A DNA stretch of 64,000 nt from a virus: positions 1-64,000 of the IMG/VR virus record IMGVR_UViG_3300042090_002597; one strand, written 5' to 3'. Positions 37,560 through 47,997 of the stretch are shown here, one piece after another. Position 1 is the stretch's first letter; each line of letters opens with the position of its first letter. The notes beneath the pieces are model-generated. The model had not been told where the DNA came from, did not search any database, and saw only the letters and a program-made list of their open reading frames with translations. The position numbers were made by a program, and so were the translations under genes.

Positions 37560-38781
37560 GCAGCCATCAGCATGGTGGTGCGCGGCGGGTAGACGTTCCG
37601 CCTGCCGCCGAAGATGATGACGTAGCCGACGAAAAACAGAAAGAAGAGGTGCATCAGTTACGTTCCACTTTGAACACTGCCACGTAAAATTCGCGGCGAA
37701 AATTCTTTTCGAACTCCACTTTTACAAGCGATATTGAGTGGCCCCAGTTTTCGCCGTCGTCTTCGACAAACTTGTTGATAGCCATCTCGTACGCTTGCGG
37801 AAGCTGAGCGATGTGGTCAAGCTCGATGCGTATCGTCGCAGGTAGGCTAGTGTGCATCACCATGCCTGACGCAGCCGTGTTTTCCGTCATCTGACGATCC
37901 TGAACGCTGGCGTTGTCTGATTGGGGTCGCCGGGTAGCACGATGCAACTCAGCGCCGCAAAAGCGGTGCAGAAAGCGGCGACGTAGGCTGCGGTGCGCAG
38001 CAGCGGGCGGCGGTAGTGCCAGGCCGCTGTGAGCGCGGCTCCAAGCAGAAAAAAGCGGATGAAGGTGCGTTCCATGACCGCTGCCATAGCCTGTTGTGTT
38101 ATTACGGTCAAGTGAATAATTTTCAGCGGCTATGGTATTTTCTGGCGGGCGAGTGACTGAGGTGGCTGTTACGTTACATATTACGTATTACATTTGAAAT
38201 AGATTCTATTTTTTCTCTAAACAACAGCATCATAGGCTGGTTTTGCTACAAAAATACTATTACATTAAAAAGGCTCGTCATATTTTTTCTTGGAGCAACT
38301 CATTGATGTTGTTACAAAAACCATTACATTAAAAAGTGCTACTGTATTTTTCCGAGAAGCCAGGCCGGGTAGCCGAACCAAAACTGAATACTTTCCCCAC
38401 CTCCCCCGGCCTGGCTAGGACTGGAATCCTTAGCATGCTTCGCCTGCCTAGGCTGGCGCAGCTGCGGCCGCGGTTTCTCAGGCCGCGCCGCTGTGTGCTG
38501 TGCTGCAGTCTCTTGATTGTGTCAGTGTGTAACCTCGCTTTCATACTCGATCCACGCCGCGAATCCGCTCACATATTGCAGCAACTCTGCCGCAGTACGC
38601 ATTGCTGCGTTATTGTGGATGAGAGCGCCGCGCGTAAGAGAATGAGCCTTGCCGTTAGCGTCTATCCAGTGAAGGCGGGTTGCGGTCATGTGATTAACTC
38701 CGGTTGACATTGACTATATAGCGTCGCTATACACAGTTTGTCTAATGCTTAAAGCGCATATCAGAATTGCAATTCTTGCAT

Positions 38782-38810
38782 TTGACAGTGCTATACCATG
38801 ACGCTACATA
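38782..38810 (+). promoter_or_regulatory. Early-type sigma70 promoter (copy 1)
   Basis: TTGACA-17 nt-TACATA with CATGAC in the spacer. Confidence 0.65.
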
Positions 38811-38843
38811 GGACATACCGAAATTGATTGAAGGAGAAAACCA

Positions 38844-39287
38844 GTGAGTGACGCAACTGCGGAGAGGATCCGCCCGCTCTATGTGGCTATTGCTACAGCT
38901 CTAGAAGCGCTGCAGGGTTGCCGCCGTGACAACGCCAACGAATCTCAGCGATCGTGGGAGAGTAAATGGGAGGCATTCATTGTGCGCGCATCATGCGAAT
39001 TGCCGCGCGGTAGTGGCTTTGACTCCTACCCTGCGATTGATACCGACGACATCAAGGCAAACAGGATCACCATTACGGGGTCTTATCACTGCATGGACGC
39101 TGATGGTTACTATTGCGGATGGACTGACTACACTGTCACTGTGAAGCCTAGCCTGACAAATGGTTTCACTATGCGAATCGTCGGCGGAGATTCAGACTTT
39201 AAGGATTATGTTCACGAATGCTTTGACATTGCGTTGCGACAAGAATTCCCGGAGTCCGCATTTTACGAATTGCCAGTCAAGGCCTAG
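38844..39287 (+). CDS. Hypothetical early phage protein
   Basis: AAGGAG RBS; LP.GSG.D and YH.MD.DGYY.GW motifs. Confidence 0.7.
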   Translation: MSDATAERIRPLYVAIATALEALQGCRRDNANESQRSWESKWEAFIVRASCELPRGSGFDSYPAIDTDDIKANRITITGSYHCMDADGYYCGWTDYTVTVKPSLTNGFTMRIVGGDSDFKDYVHECFDIALRQEFPESAFYELPVKA

Positions 39288-39337
39288 CCTTTACACCTAG
39301 CAGCCTCGCGAGGCTGCTAGAGTAAAGCCTAGAAACA
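39284..39337. repeat. Intergenic hairpin repeat, copy 1
   Basis: CTAGCCTTTACACCTAG-(palindrome)-CTAGAGTAAAGCCTAGAAACA. Confidence 0.75.
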
Positions 39338-39353
39338 ATATGGAGATAGTAAC

Positions 39354-39854
39354 ATGTTCGAAACTACAGAAATCTTTTTGCATGGATTCGGCGAGGGCGC
39401 GAAAACGCTGCGCCAGCGCTTTGAGATGCGCAAGACATGCGGACCGTACCGCCGTGTTGTGCCGTCACTGGTTAGTGGCCGCCGCACTGAAAAACAAAAC
39501 GGTACAGGGTTTTATTTTGACCGGCATGGCCAGATGAACAGTGCCGACTCCGCATTCCGGCTTCGTGTGTATGACGCACTCCCACAAGGGCACGGCATGG
39601 TGACAGGGTATTACGCCGACGAATTCGGAGATACGATCATTCGGCCGTATGTCTTGGCGCTACCGCACGGCCGTGGGTTTCTCGCGGCATATGGCGAGGG
39701 CGCGGGAATGTGGGGGAGCGTAGAATTCAACATTTACGACTCGCTTGAAGAGGCGGGATATGTTGCGCACTCTCTTGCTGAAAATGCTGCAGAGCGCGAG
39801 CGTGATTACCGCGAAAACGAGCAATTAGAAGAAGAGGAAGAAAACGCAGAATAG
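39354..39854 (+). CDS. Hypothetical early phage protein
   Basis: 166 aa with GGAG RBS. Confidence 0.65.
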   Translation: MFETTEIFLHGFGEGAKTLRQRFEMRKTCGPYRRVVPSLVSGRRTEKQNGTGFYFDRHGQMNSADSAFRLRVYDALPQGHGMVTGYYADEFGDTIIRPYVLALPHGRGFLAAYGEGAGMWGSVEFNIYDSLEEAGYVAHSLAENAAERERDYRENEQLEEEEENAE

Positions 39855-39859
39855 CTAAT

Positions 39860-39923
39860 CTAGCCTTTACACCTAGTATCACGCTATGCTGTAGCTGTGA
39901 TACTAGAGCAAAGCCTAGAAACA
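39860..39923. repeat. Intergenic hairpin repeat, copy 2
   Basis: Same flanks as copy 1 with a different central stem. Confidence 0.75.
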
Positions 39924-39933
39924 GGAGTCTGTT

Positions 39934-40134
39934 ATGGCGCTATATGTTGTTACTGCGACTCGACTCGTGCGGCAATTCACGCAGGCTGTAGTTGAAATCG
40001 AGGCGGACTCGTCTGAGATTGCCTGCAGCATGGCCGAGGGTATGGAGTCGGATGGTGATCTTGAATTCAAGGTAATAGGTCCGACGGATGGCGATGACGT
40101 CGAATATAGCGCAGTAGAAACGGAGTCAATCTGA
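39934..40134 (+). CDS. Small hypothetical protein
   Basis: AGGAG RBS, acidic 66 aa. Confidence 0.55.
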   Translation: MALYVVTATRLVRQFTQAVVEIEADSSEIACSMAEGMESDGDLEFKVIGPTDGDDVEYSAVETESI

Positions 40135-40430
40135 TGACAAAGCACCCCGCCGGACCGTTCCGCGTGTCTGTCACATGCTACCGCATAGCACCACTGGTAG
40201 ACACACGCGACACAGCGCAAATTTACTCTTCTTTTCATCGCTCGCCGCATGCAGCTGGTCGCCGTCTCGCAAGCATCATTCGTGAAAAAACGAATCTTGC
40301 ACGTGATGTGCGGCGCTGTATGCCGCGCGATTATGCCGGAAAATACATGATCGAAACAGGATCCGGCACAAAGTACGCGCTTAACGATTTTCGCGCAAAA
40401 TTTTGCAGTGAGGAATCGTCCGATGCGTAA
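40134..40430 (+). CDS. Small hypothetical protein
   Basis: Coupled start and stop (TGATG). Confidence 0.5.
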   Translation: MTKHPAGPFRVSVTCYRIAPLVDTRDTAQIYSSFHRSPHAAGRRLASIIREKTNLARDVRRCMPRDYAGKYMIETGSGTKYALNDFRAKFCSEESSDA

Positions 40431-40675
40431 AATCATTCCCGCGAATCCGACCGGCGGCGCAGCTGCCTCGCCAGCGTCATGGGTCATCGTGCGAGTCGCT
40501 ACCGGCGAGGCAATCGCCGAGACGTATCTGCAGCATGTCGCCGAGGCAATCAATCGAGACAAATACAAGGCGGTGCCGGTCGGCGAATATCTCGGCCAGT
40601 TAAACAGGCGAATCAAAGCCGGCGAAATCGGTCAATAGAGCCGCGGCCTGGCCAATTTAGGATTTAATACTTATC

Positions 40676-40779
40676 GCAATCTGCAATGATTATGGATCAT
40701 AATCATTGCAGATTGCTGATAGTTTGATATTGAATGGTTATGGCTCATAATTATCATATAGAATAGTTATGTTTCATAA
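40676..40779. promoter_or_regulatory. 19-bp inverted repeat plus three TTATG-N3-CATAA boxes
   Basis: GCAATCTGCAATGATTATG-GAT-CATAATCATTGCAGATTGC; boxes at 40690, 40738 and 40767. Confidence 0.65.
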
Positions 40780-40847
40780 TTATGTGTTGGCGCTGCAAAT
40801 TCAGGAAAAAATTAAATAAAATTTGAATTATTTTTGCCCGATTAGCC

Positions 40848-40877
40848 TTGACAAACTGCACCATGACAGTATATAAC
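40848..40877 (+). promoter_or_regulatory. Early-type sigma70 promoter (copy 2)
   Basis: TTGACA...CCATGAC..TATATAAC with an AT-rich upstream region. Confidence 0.65.
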
Positions 40878-40900
40878 TAGCACATTGAAAAACAAGAGGA

Positions 40901-41167
40901 ATGCAACACATGACAGACTTCGACAAAGCTATGGCCGCACTCAACTGCGCCGCCGCGCTACATCGCGTCAGCCTGAGACGTCACCGCCTGGATTCAGGCG
41001 GATATGACTCTTCGGATTGTTACTATGGAAACGATGAGCCGCGTTCGCGACTATGGTCCGCGCAAGCCGAGGATGGCAGTTATTCGGATATCATCCGCGC
41101 CAGCTCGCGCGATGATGCGAAAGCACAAGTGCGCAAAGCTTATCCGGCCGCAACGTTTTACCGATAA
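40901..41167 (+). CDS. Hypothetical early protein
   Basis: LDSGGYD...YYG motif; has an RBS. Confidence 0.6.
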   Translation: MQHMTDFDKAMAALNCAAALHRVSLRRHRLDSGGYDSSDCYYGNDEPRSRLWSAQAEDGSYSDIIRASSRDDAKAQVRKAYPAATFYR

Positions 41168-41179
41168 GGAGCGCAAACC

Positions 41180-41506
41180 ATGCCCGCACTGTTCAACGTG
41201 ACTTATGAAATTGTCACTCCGGAATCCGCCGCCGATGGTGACGCGGACGAACGCGGATTCGTAGCCGAGAATATCCCGCTTAGGGAAGCACTGCAGGAAT
41301 TGCATGCAACCCGTACAAGTCATGTGAGCGGGGTGGAATACATCGAGTGCGACTCCTGGTCATGCAAGTCGCCGCGCTGGATTACTGTGCTAAATGATCC
41401 GGAATATCTGACAGGTGCGCAAGAGTCGCGCTCGCTTCACATCCCCGACGGAGTCAGCTGCGCCAGTCGCCGGCGAATTGCCAAGCTTGCAGGCGTACGC
41501 TTTTAG
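41180..41506 (+). CDS. Hypothetical early protein
   Basis: VTYEIVTPESA.DGD..ERGF motif. Confidence 0.65.
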   Translation: MPALFNVTYEIVTPESAADGDADERGFVAENIPLREALQELHATRTSHVSGVEYIECDSWSCKSPRWITVLNDPEYLTGAQESRSLHIPDGVSCASRRRIAKLAGVRF

Positions 41507-41508
41507 AC

Positions 41509-42039
41509 TTGACAACGCTATATCATGCCGCGCATTGTGCGCGGGTTGAAATAACCAAACCGGAATTAAAGACAATGGTCTATGTGCAAACCGAATCGGG
41601 CCCGATCATCGCAACCGAGAATCCTGAATTCTGGCCGGAGGCAAAGCGCTTGACCGCCAAGGCCGGCCGCAACGCATTGCGCGAGCAATCGCTCGCCGCG
41701 CTGCATAAAGTGCCGCAGCCCGGAGATACCGTGCATACCATCCTGCGTCATGTTAGCCACTCCGGCATGCGTCGCCGGATTGACTTCTACGCCATCAAAA
41801 ACGGCGAAATGGTATGTCTATCCGGCCACGTCGCCAATGTTCTTGACAGCGTATCCCGTGGCTCCGGTCCACGCTCCGAGGGTCTTATCGTCGATGGTTG
41901 CGGGCAGGATATGGGTTATTCCGTTGTCTATGCCCTTGGATACGCAATGTAGCCCAAGGGCACACCGGAGCCGCACAGCGTGCGCAACGGCGAGCCCGAC
42001 TCGGATGGCGGGTACGCTCTCAAACATAAGTGGATATGA
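41509..42039 (+). pseudogene. Phage protein interrupted by an in-frame TAG
   Basis: PGDTV.TILRHVS.SGM.R and GCG.DMG motifs; TAG at 41950-41952, after which the frame continues to DGGYALKHKWI-stop. Confidence 0.5.
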
Positions 42040-42222
42040 AACAATGGCGCGCATTGTCGAATGCTCGGCCGTCGGACGACTCGTCGTCCGGCACCGCTGC
42101 TCCGAACGGTTGACGGATAATGAGGTAATAGAGCGTTTCGGCATATCCGCTCGTTTCACCGTTGTCGCATATCCCGAAGGCCGCCCGGACTTGTCCGAAA
42201 CAATCCAAACGGAGCGCAGCCC

Positions 42223-42564
42223 ATGACCCCGCATCAAATCACAAGCGCGCATCGCATGCGGCTCAAGGGCCGCTCCGACTCGGATATCGCCGCACACCTG
42301 GGGGTTACGCGGCAGCGCATACACCAGTTGCTGGGCAAGCATCCACCTCGCCCTGCCAAGGTGAAGCCGCCGCGCGAAACCGTGGCGCCCTCCGACTTCG
42401 CCGCTGCTCTGCGTGGCTGGCGCACCGCCCGCGGGCTGTCTCAGTCGCAAGCCGCCCGGTTGCTTTGCGTCACCACGCACACCGTCGCATCGTGGGAGCA
42501 GGGTGTGAACGGCTGCAGCCTGGCCGGTGCAATACTCAAATTGATGGACCTCATACCGGAATAG
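42223..42564 (+). CDS. Double HTH DNA-binding protein
   Basis: IAAHLGVTRQRIHQL and LSQSQAARLL.V...TV.SWEQG motifs. Confidence 0.75.
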   Translation: MTPHQITSAHRMRLKGRSDSDIAAHLGVTRQRIHQLLGKHPPRPAKVKPPRETVAPSDFAAALRGWRTARGLSQSQAARLLCVTTHTVASWEQGVNGCSLAGAILKLMDLIPE

Positions 42565-42566
42565 AC

Positions 42567-42595
42567 TTGACAAACTAGGATCATGACACTATACA
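42567..42595 (+). promoter_or_regulatory. Early-type sigma70 promoter (copy 3)
   Basis: TTGACA-17 nt-TATACA with TCATGAC in the spacer. Confidence 0.65.
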
Positions 42596-42599
42596 GTGC

Positions 42600-43040
42600 A
42601 TGTCTTTAACCGCTAACAGGAAAGCAAAACACATGAGCCAATTCACCGCCGCTAGCCTCGCCGCCCCGGTCGCCCCCGGCTTGCTGAAGCTGGACCCGCG
42701 CGCTTGGGGCGACAAGATCCGCAAGTTCGCCATTCTCGCCGCCGAAAAGCGCCGTCTCGACGCCGAAGCGCGCGCGGCCGATGGTGTATTCAAGACCGCC
42801 CGGGACGAACTGCTGGGCCAGCTGGGCGACGCCCCGGCCGCGCTCTGCGGAGAGATGGTGCTCACCCGCAAAGCTACCAAGCCCGCACCCGCTTCGCTCA
42901 CTTTGGCCAGTGGTCAGGTTGTGCCCTGGTCAACCGTCTCCGGGCTCACCATCGGCAACGCCTATGTGGCGTCAAGCGAGGTGATGAAGATTTACGGCGG
43001 GCGCGACGGCTCGGTTTCTGTGGAAATCGCCGGCGCCTGA
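42600..43040 (+). CDS. Hypothetical protein
   Basis: ORF downstream of the promoter, with biased codon usage. Confidence 0.6.
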   Translation: MSLTANRKAKHMSQFTAASLAAPVAPGLLKLDPRAWGDKIRKFAILAAEKRRLDAEARAADGVFKTARDELLGQLGDAPAALCGEMVLTRKATKPAPASLTLASGQVVPWSTVSGLTIGNAYVASSEVMKIYGGRDGSVSVEIAGA

Positions 43041-44029
43041 AAACTCAATAGCGGCTCGGGGAAACCCGGCCGCATCCTTTCCGGAGTGCAGACAATGGAA
43101 ACCGTCGGATTATTCACCATTCGGGATGACGGAATGTATAGCGATTCATGCCCGCTCACGCTTTACGATCAATCGGGCACCGCTGTCGCCGCTATTCCCG
43201 GCCAGACCCCTCAGTGGGACGTCGACGACGATACCGACCCGCAGACATGGGCGCTCGCGCGACACATCGCCCGCCTGCTTTCGGCCAATCCGCTATGACC
43301 CGGCACACCGTCGAAATCACATACTGCGCCGGCACAGTCCGCTTCACCCCTGCGGAACGTGCCGCCTTGCTCGGGCTGCTGGTCTCCACACTCCGGCAGC
43401 CGGATGGGTGTGGCGTCAATCTCGCCCCGCTGCAGTCCGCGTATGGTCGGATCCTGGGCGGGGACTACATGACCACCGCCGAAAGCATGGAACGCCTGCC
43501 CGAAGGCTGGGGCCTGTCGCCGGGTACTGCTCGACCGATCAACCAAACCGCGTACGATCTCGCAACCCTGGCCGCTCTCCGCGCTCGCGGGAAGGCCGTA
43601 ACCGGAAAGCACACCGCACCATGAAAACCAAGATCACCGCCGCCGGTCACCGCGTCACCATTACCCGCGCCCCGGATGGCCTGTGGCGTTGGGAAAGCGA
43701 CAGGCCGCACCGCCTGTGCGCTGGCCTGGCCAGCCTGACGGACGCAATCGAAGGCGCGCAACGCATGCTCGGCCGGGATGTCACCATCTGTCACTCGCCC
43801 GAAGCGGGCGCTGTGCCGTGAAAATAAAACTCTCCCGCAGCAAGGTCGACCACGCCGCCCTGTACGAGATCGCTATGGATAATGTGCAGGACGCTTGGTC
43901 TGCTTTTGCCTTGCTGCGGGAGACACTCGAAACCCTGTGCCCGGTTGGTGCGATGCGGTCAGGCGAACATGTCGCATGCCACGTCGCACCGACATTTCAC
44001 GCCGAGGCCATGGAGTTGATCGCCGGAAT

Positions 44030-44524
44030 TCAGGCGCTCGCCGGCAATGCAAGTGCTCCGGTCTCTACTTCCTCCTCACCTTCATCCGCAAAGGCCTGAG
44101 CCTCCGCCATGTTCCGTACACGCTCCGGCCATTCTCTGTACGGAATATTGGCTCGTACAAGCCGATCCATCTCCCCGTACAGTTCCGCTGCTGCTTTCGC
44201 TGCATTGATTTCATCGCCTACAGTGGCGCCGATCGTCCCCGGCGCCTCCGGGTTGATGGTCTCCCCCGTATGCGCCCAGTCCCGCGGCTTGCCCCGCGCC
44301 CAGGTCACGATCCGGTCGGCGCATTCAAGCCGCACCGCCAGCGGCACATCATCCGCGTAAATGCAGCTGTTGACAAATTTCACCGCCTCTTCTTCAAAGC
44401 GTTGCGCCGTGAACTGGACCATGTTCACATGCGGCATCGCATTGAGGGCCTGAAACTTGACCCGCAGCCGCTCCACCATCTCCTTGGGGGTCAACATGAC
44501 ATCCTTGCTTGACCGCCGTCCCAT
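44030..44524 (-). CDS. Hypothetical protein, possibly terminase small subunit-like
   Basis: VRLECADRIVTWARGKP resembles a helical DR..GKP motif of TerS-like proteins; weak support. Confidence 0.4.
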   Translation of the reverse strand: MGRRSSKDVMLTPKEMVERLRVKFQALNAMPHVNMVQFTAQRFEEEAVKFVNSCIYADDVPLAVRLECADRIVTWARGKPRDWAHTGETINPEAPGTIGATVGDEINAAKAAAELYGEMDRLVRANIPYREWPERVRNMAEAQAFADEGEEEVETGALALPASA

Positions 44525-44545
44525 CTCTCTGCCTCGTCTACCTAG

Positions 44546-44842
44546 TTGAAAACAAACACACTTGAACTCGCCGCGAAGCTGTTGCAGGACGATCCGTGCC
44601 TGAGCGTCAAGCATGCTGCCACATATCTGGACGTGTCTCCTGTGGCGCTCGACCATTGGCGCAGCCGCGGAATAGGCCCGCCTTACGTGCGCCTGCACAC
44701 CGGCGGCATCCGCTACCGGCTGTCCGATCTGAATGCTTTCCTGATCGCTCGCGCTGTCCAGACCACCCGCATCCCCGCGCCTACCGCCGGCGGACCGCTG
44801 ACCCCGCGCATGAAACGCGATCTTGCCCTGACCCGGGACTAA
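44546..44842 (+). CDS. Excisionase/AlpA-like HTH protein
   Basis: AATYLDVS...L.HWR..G.GPPY.R...IRYR..DL. Confidence 0.75.
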   Translation: MKTNTLELAAKLLQDDPCLSVKHAATYLDVSPVALDHWRSRGIGPPYVRLHTGGIRYRLSDLNAFLIARAVQTTRIPAPTAGGPLTPRMKRDLALTRD

Positions 44843-45699
44843 CTCGGCTTGTTCGGGGCCGTGTTGAACGCCGGGTGCCCGTGCGTCTGCAGCCCCACCG
44901 CGGACCCGGTTCCGTATTTCGAGATCACATCGCCGGCGACATGCAGATCGCCCGTGCTCGCCCCGGCGCCCGCCGTCAGGTTTCCGGTAATCACCAGGTC
45001 CCCCATAACCGTCACCGGATGGCCGCTCGGGGCAATGGTGACCGACCCATCCGCATTCAGCGTCAACGAGGCGCCTGACGCCACCTGAATGCTCGCCGAC
45101 TGTCCAGCTGCCGCGGTCGCCGAAACCGCCCCAGCCGCGTTCGCTGACAGGCTGGCGCCGTTATTCAGGCTGATCGACACCCCGTAGGCCTTCGCGCTGC
45201 CCGTGGGGTTGCGCTGGGCCGCCGTAAAGGGCGTCCTGACCCGCGCCCCCTGGGCATTGACCGTATGCCGCGTGGGGGCTGGCATGACCGCCCCTGACGG
45301 GGCAACCATGATCGAACTTCCATCGGGCAGCCCGGTTGCCATGGTCCCGTCCGGGCCGGTCCAGTGCCAGAGCCCGGCGTACTCCGCCGTATAGCGCGCA
45401 TTGCCCGAACTCGGAGAGAGTGCCGAACTATCCGGCAGCGCCGGCGATTGCGCCCCGATCCACCGCCCCGTCCGATCATCCCCCCGGGTGAACGCGACCA
45501 GGCCCCTCGTTCCCGGCGTCGGAAGCGGGGGGTAGGTGCCGCGCACTGCATCTCTCGGCCCGTGGGTCAAAACGTCCACGGGTACGAAGGGAACTTGACC
45601 GCCGAAGGCGTCAATCGAGACCCAGACCCGATATCCGTCGGGGTCCTGCTGCACCACGGTCGCATCGACCAGCGGGGGAAGGTTTCGGCTCATGGCCAC
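44839..45699 (-). CDS. Baseplate central spike (gpV/gp45-like)
   Basis: OB-fold-like N-terminus, beta-helix repeats and a terminal L.THGH metal-binding apex. Confidence 0.75.
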   Translation of the reverse strand: MAMSRNLPPLVDATVVQQDPDGYRVWVSIDAFGGQVPFVPVDVLTHGPRDAVRGTYPPLPTPGTRGLVAFTRGDDRTGRWIGAQSPALPDSSALSPSSGNARYTAEYAGLWHWTGPDGTMATGLPDGSSIMVAPSGAVMPAPTRHTVNAQGARVRTPFTAAQRNPTGSAKAYGVSISLNNGASLSANAAGAVSATAAAGQSASIQVASGASLTLNADGSVTIAPSGHPVTVMGDLVITGNLTAGAGASTGDLHVAGDVISKYGTGSAVGLQTHGHPAFNTAPNKPS

Positions 45700-45816
45700 A
45701 CCCTAGCCGCTCCGGAGCGAAGCGTGGATGGCGGAAACGGAGAACTATTATAGTATCTTTATACCTTTTGGTATGATTGATGGTTTGGATAGAAACCCAC
45801 TCCCTGCCCTATATAA

Positions 45817-45874
45817 TGTCAATGTGTATATGTAATAATTACAAATAAATATACATTACATATACACATTGACA
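45817..45874. repeat. 20-bp perfect inverted repeat in an AT-rich divergent intergenic region
   Basis: TGTCAATGTGTATATGTAAT-18 nt-ATTACATATACACATTGACA. Confidence 0.75.
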
Positions 45875-45934
45875 GTTTCCCCTTATTGTTTACAGACCAA
45901 TCCAAGATATCGATCATACCAAAATACATAAAGA

Positions 45935-46567
45935 TTGACTAAGATTCTCCGACCTGCTACAGTCTTACTTAACGTATTGATTGATAAGGATTTGTCTGTG
46001 ATACTGACAAAAAGCGATCTCCCGCCTCCGGTGTCGAGCAGGATGAAAGCACTCATGTACCCATTTAAGTACATGAATGTAGGCGACAGCTTTTTTGTTG
46101 CTGCGATTACACCGAAATTGCGCCGGCGCGTGTCCACAGCTGCCGGAATTTACAAAATGAAGCATCCGGGCTGGAACTACACTTGTCGTGTCGATACAGA
46201 AAATGGTGAGGAAGGCATCCGCGTATGGTGCTTGTCTCTTCAGAGAATTCCCGTCGCGTGGCGCATCACCGCTGAGTATGAAGCGGATCCGGCCAATGAT
46301 TATCCCGGCGGGTGGGACGACTGGAAAAGTGAGGTAACGCTCAAGAGCCCGGATGAGGTATTGGCTGATTTCAAGACGCTATGTCAGCCGCGACCGAATC
46401 GGTTCCGTCTATACATCAGCGATGTCTGTGTGGCTGAAACGGATGGCAAGGGTAAAGTGACTGTCTACGCCCCCACCCTCCCATCCAATGCCAAACAACC
46501 TGAACAACGTCCGCTTACCATCCTGGCCAAGCCAGCCAGTCCGTCCAATCAAGGCCGTACGTCATGA
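45935..46567 (+). CDS. Hypothetical DNA-binding protein
   Basis: YPF..M.VGDSFFV...GIRVW motif. Confidence 0.55.
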   Translation: MTKILRPATVLLNVLIDKDLSVILTKSDLPPPVSSRMKALMYPFKYMNVGDSFFVAAITPKLRRRVSTAAGIYKMKHPGWNYTCRVDTENGEEGIRVWCLSLQRIPVAWRITAEYEADPANDYPGGWDDWKSEVTLKSPDEVLADFKTLCQPRPNRFRLYISDVCVAETDGKGKVTVYAPTLPSNAKQPEQRPLTILAKPASPSNQGRTS

Positions 46568-46890
46568 GCCGCGCTCCTGTTCCCGTGCCGCCAGCCAGGT
46601 TTTACGTGTTCCGTGTACGCACTGCGCGAGAATTAAAGGAGACGTGGTCCGATCAGTACCCCCCGATTGTGATGCCGCAGGACCGCAATCTGTGGGCTGT
46701 CGAAATGCGGACCGAGAAAGGGACCGCGCGTTTCGGCGAACCTTCGACACGCGCAACGGCGGGCTGGCATCTCAAATATATCCATCAATGTGCTGGTCTG
46801 ACCCACTCCATGCCGGATGAATTATTGCAAGATCGTGCACGGGAATGGTGGGCGCAACAGCGCGATTACGTTTGCGAGACCGCGCCATGA
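46564..46890 (+). CDS. Hypothetical protein
   Basis: 108 aa, coupled ORF. Confidence 0.45.
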   Translation: MSRAPVPVPPARFYVFRVRTARELKETWSDQYPPIVMPQDRNLWAVEMRTEKGTARFGEPSTRATAGWHLKYIHQCAGLTHSMPDELLQDRAREWWAQQRDYVCETAP

Positions 46891-47997
46891 GATACCACCA
46901 GAATACCGAAGGCGCCGGTCTGTCTGGCCGTTTCACCGCGCCCAAGCCTGTGACGCGGACTGACGCGCTGGTCGCCACAGCCAATCTTGATCCGCACCGC
47001 CGCCCGCGGTCCACCAGGGACTGGCATACCGCCCGCACCCCCGCGGAGCCCCGCTGCGGTGCCGACCAGTGGCGCACCCGCGACCGCCAAGTCATCGTCT
47101 ACATGCGCGAGATGACCCCGTCCCACCTGCGCCACTGCATCCGCTTCGCCTCGACCAAGCCGCAGCACGCAAGCCGCCTGGCCTCTCTGCTGGATGAACA
47201 ACTCCGCCGCACCACCAGCCGGCCCGCGGCCCCACCGTGACCCCACGGGCGGCACTGGCTTTCCTGGCCGCTCTCGCCGCCGCCTACACCGCGATCGCCG
47301 TGCTTGCCTTCCTTGCGTTCCGCAATGCTCCGAAACACCGAACTCAAACCTGGAAAAGCAGAAAACCACCATGAGCCCGACCCAGAACACCACCTTGCTC
47401 GTCTACCGGCTTGCCCCTCAGTCTGCGCTATGGATGTGGAGCCTCCAGAATCCGGATCACACCGCGGCGGCGCATTCGCTGACCCACGGCGCCAAGCCAT
47501 GGTTCACCGGCCGCATCGAAGCCCTCGATGATGCGCGCAGGGTCCGCGAAACGCTTCTCGAAAATCATCATATCGCAGCGCTGACCGTAGCGGCGGCGGT
47601 TGAGGTGCTGTTCGGCTACAGCACGGAGATACAGAATTATGTGAAGGAAACTGCGGAATGAACTATATAATTGCTAGTTCGCAAACAACACCGATGCCGG
47701 TGGATTGTGTCCGTATTCGCTTGCAGACTAATGGTGGAATAGAAATACATCTGAAGTCCAAGGGAAGGTGGCACATTGTAGCGGCGGTACCATTAAATGG
47801 CATACCGGCAAAGGGTTTGGAGTTTGAAGTGTTCGGCACGAAAACATACACGGACGAACACGGGATTACCTGGTCGAATGACGGAAACGGATGGGCCAAA
47901 TGCAAGATTGTTGCGGGTATTACCCGAAAACCTTGGGGGTTTATAAAATAAGCCAGTTTCTTACTCTTAACAGCGATGAAAAGGAAAATGTAACGCC

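Noticed and set aside
38400-38530. GC-rich, weakly 5-periodic stretch
   Set aside because: The register is not maintained and there is no terminal motif.
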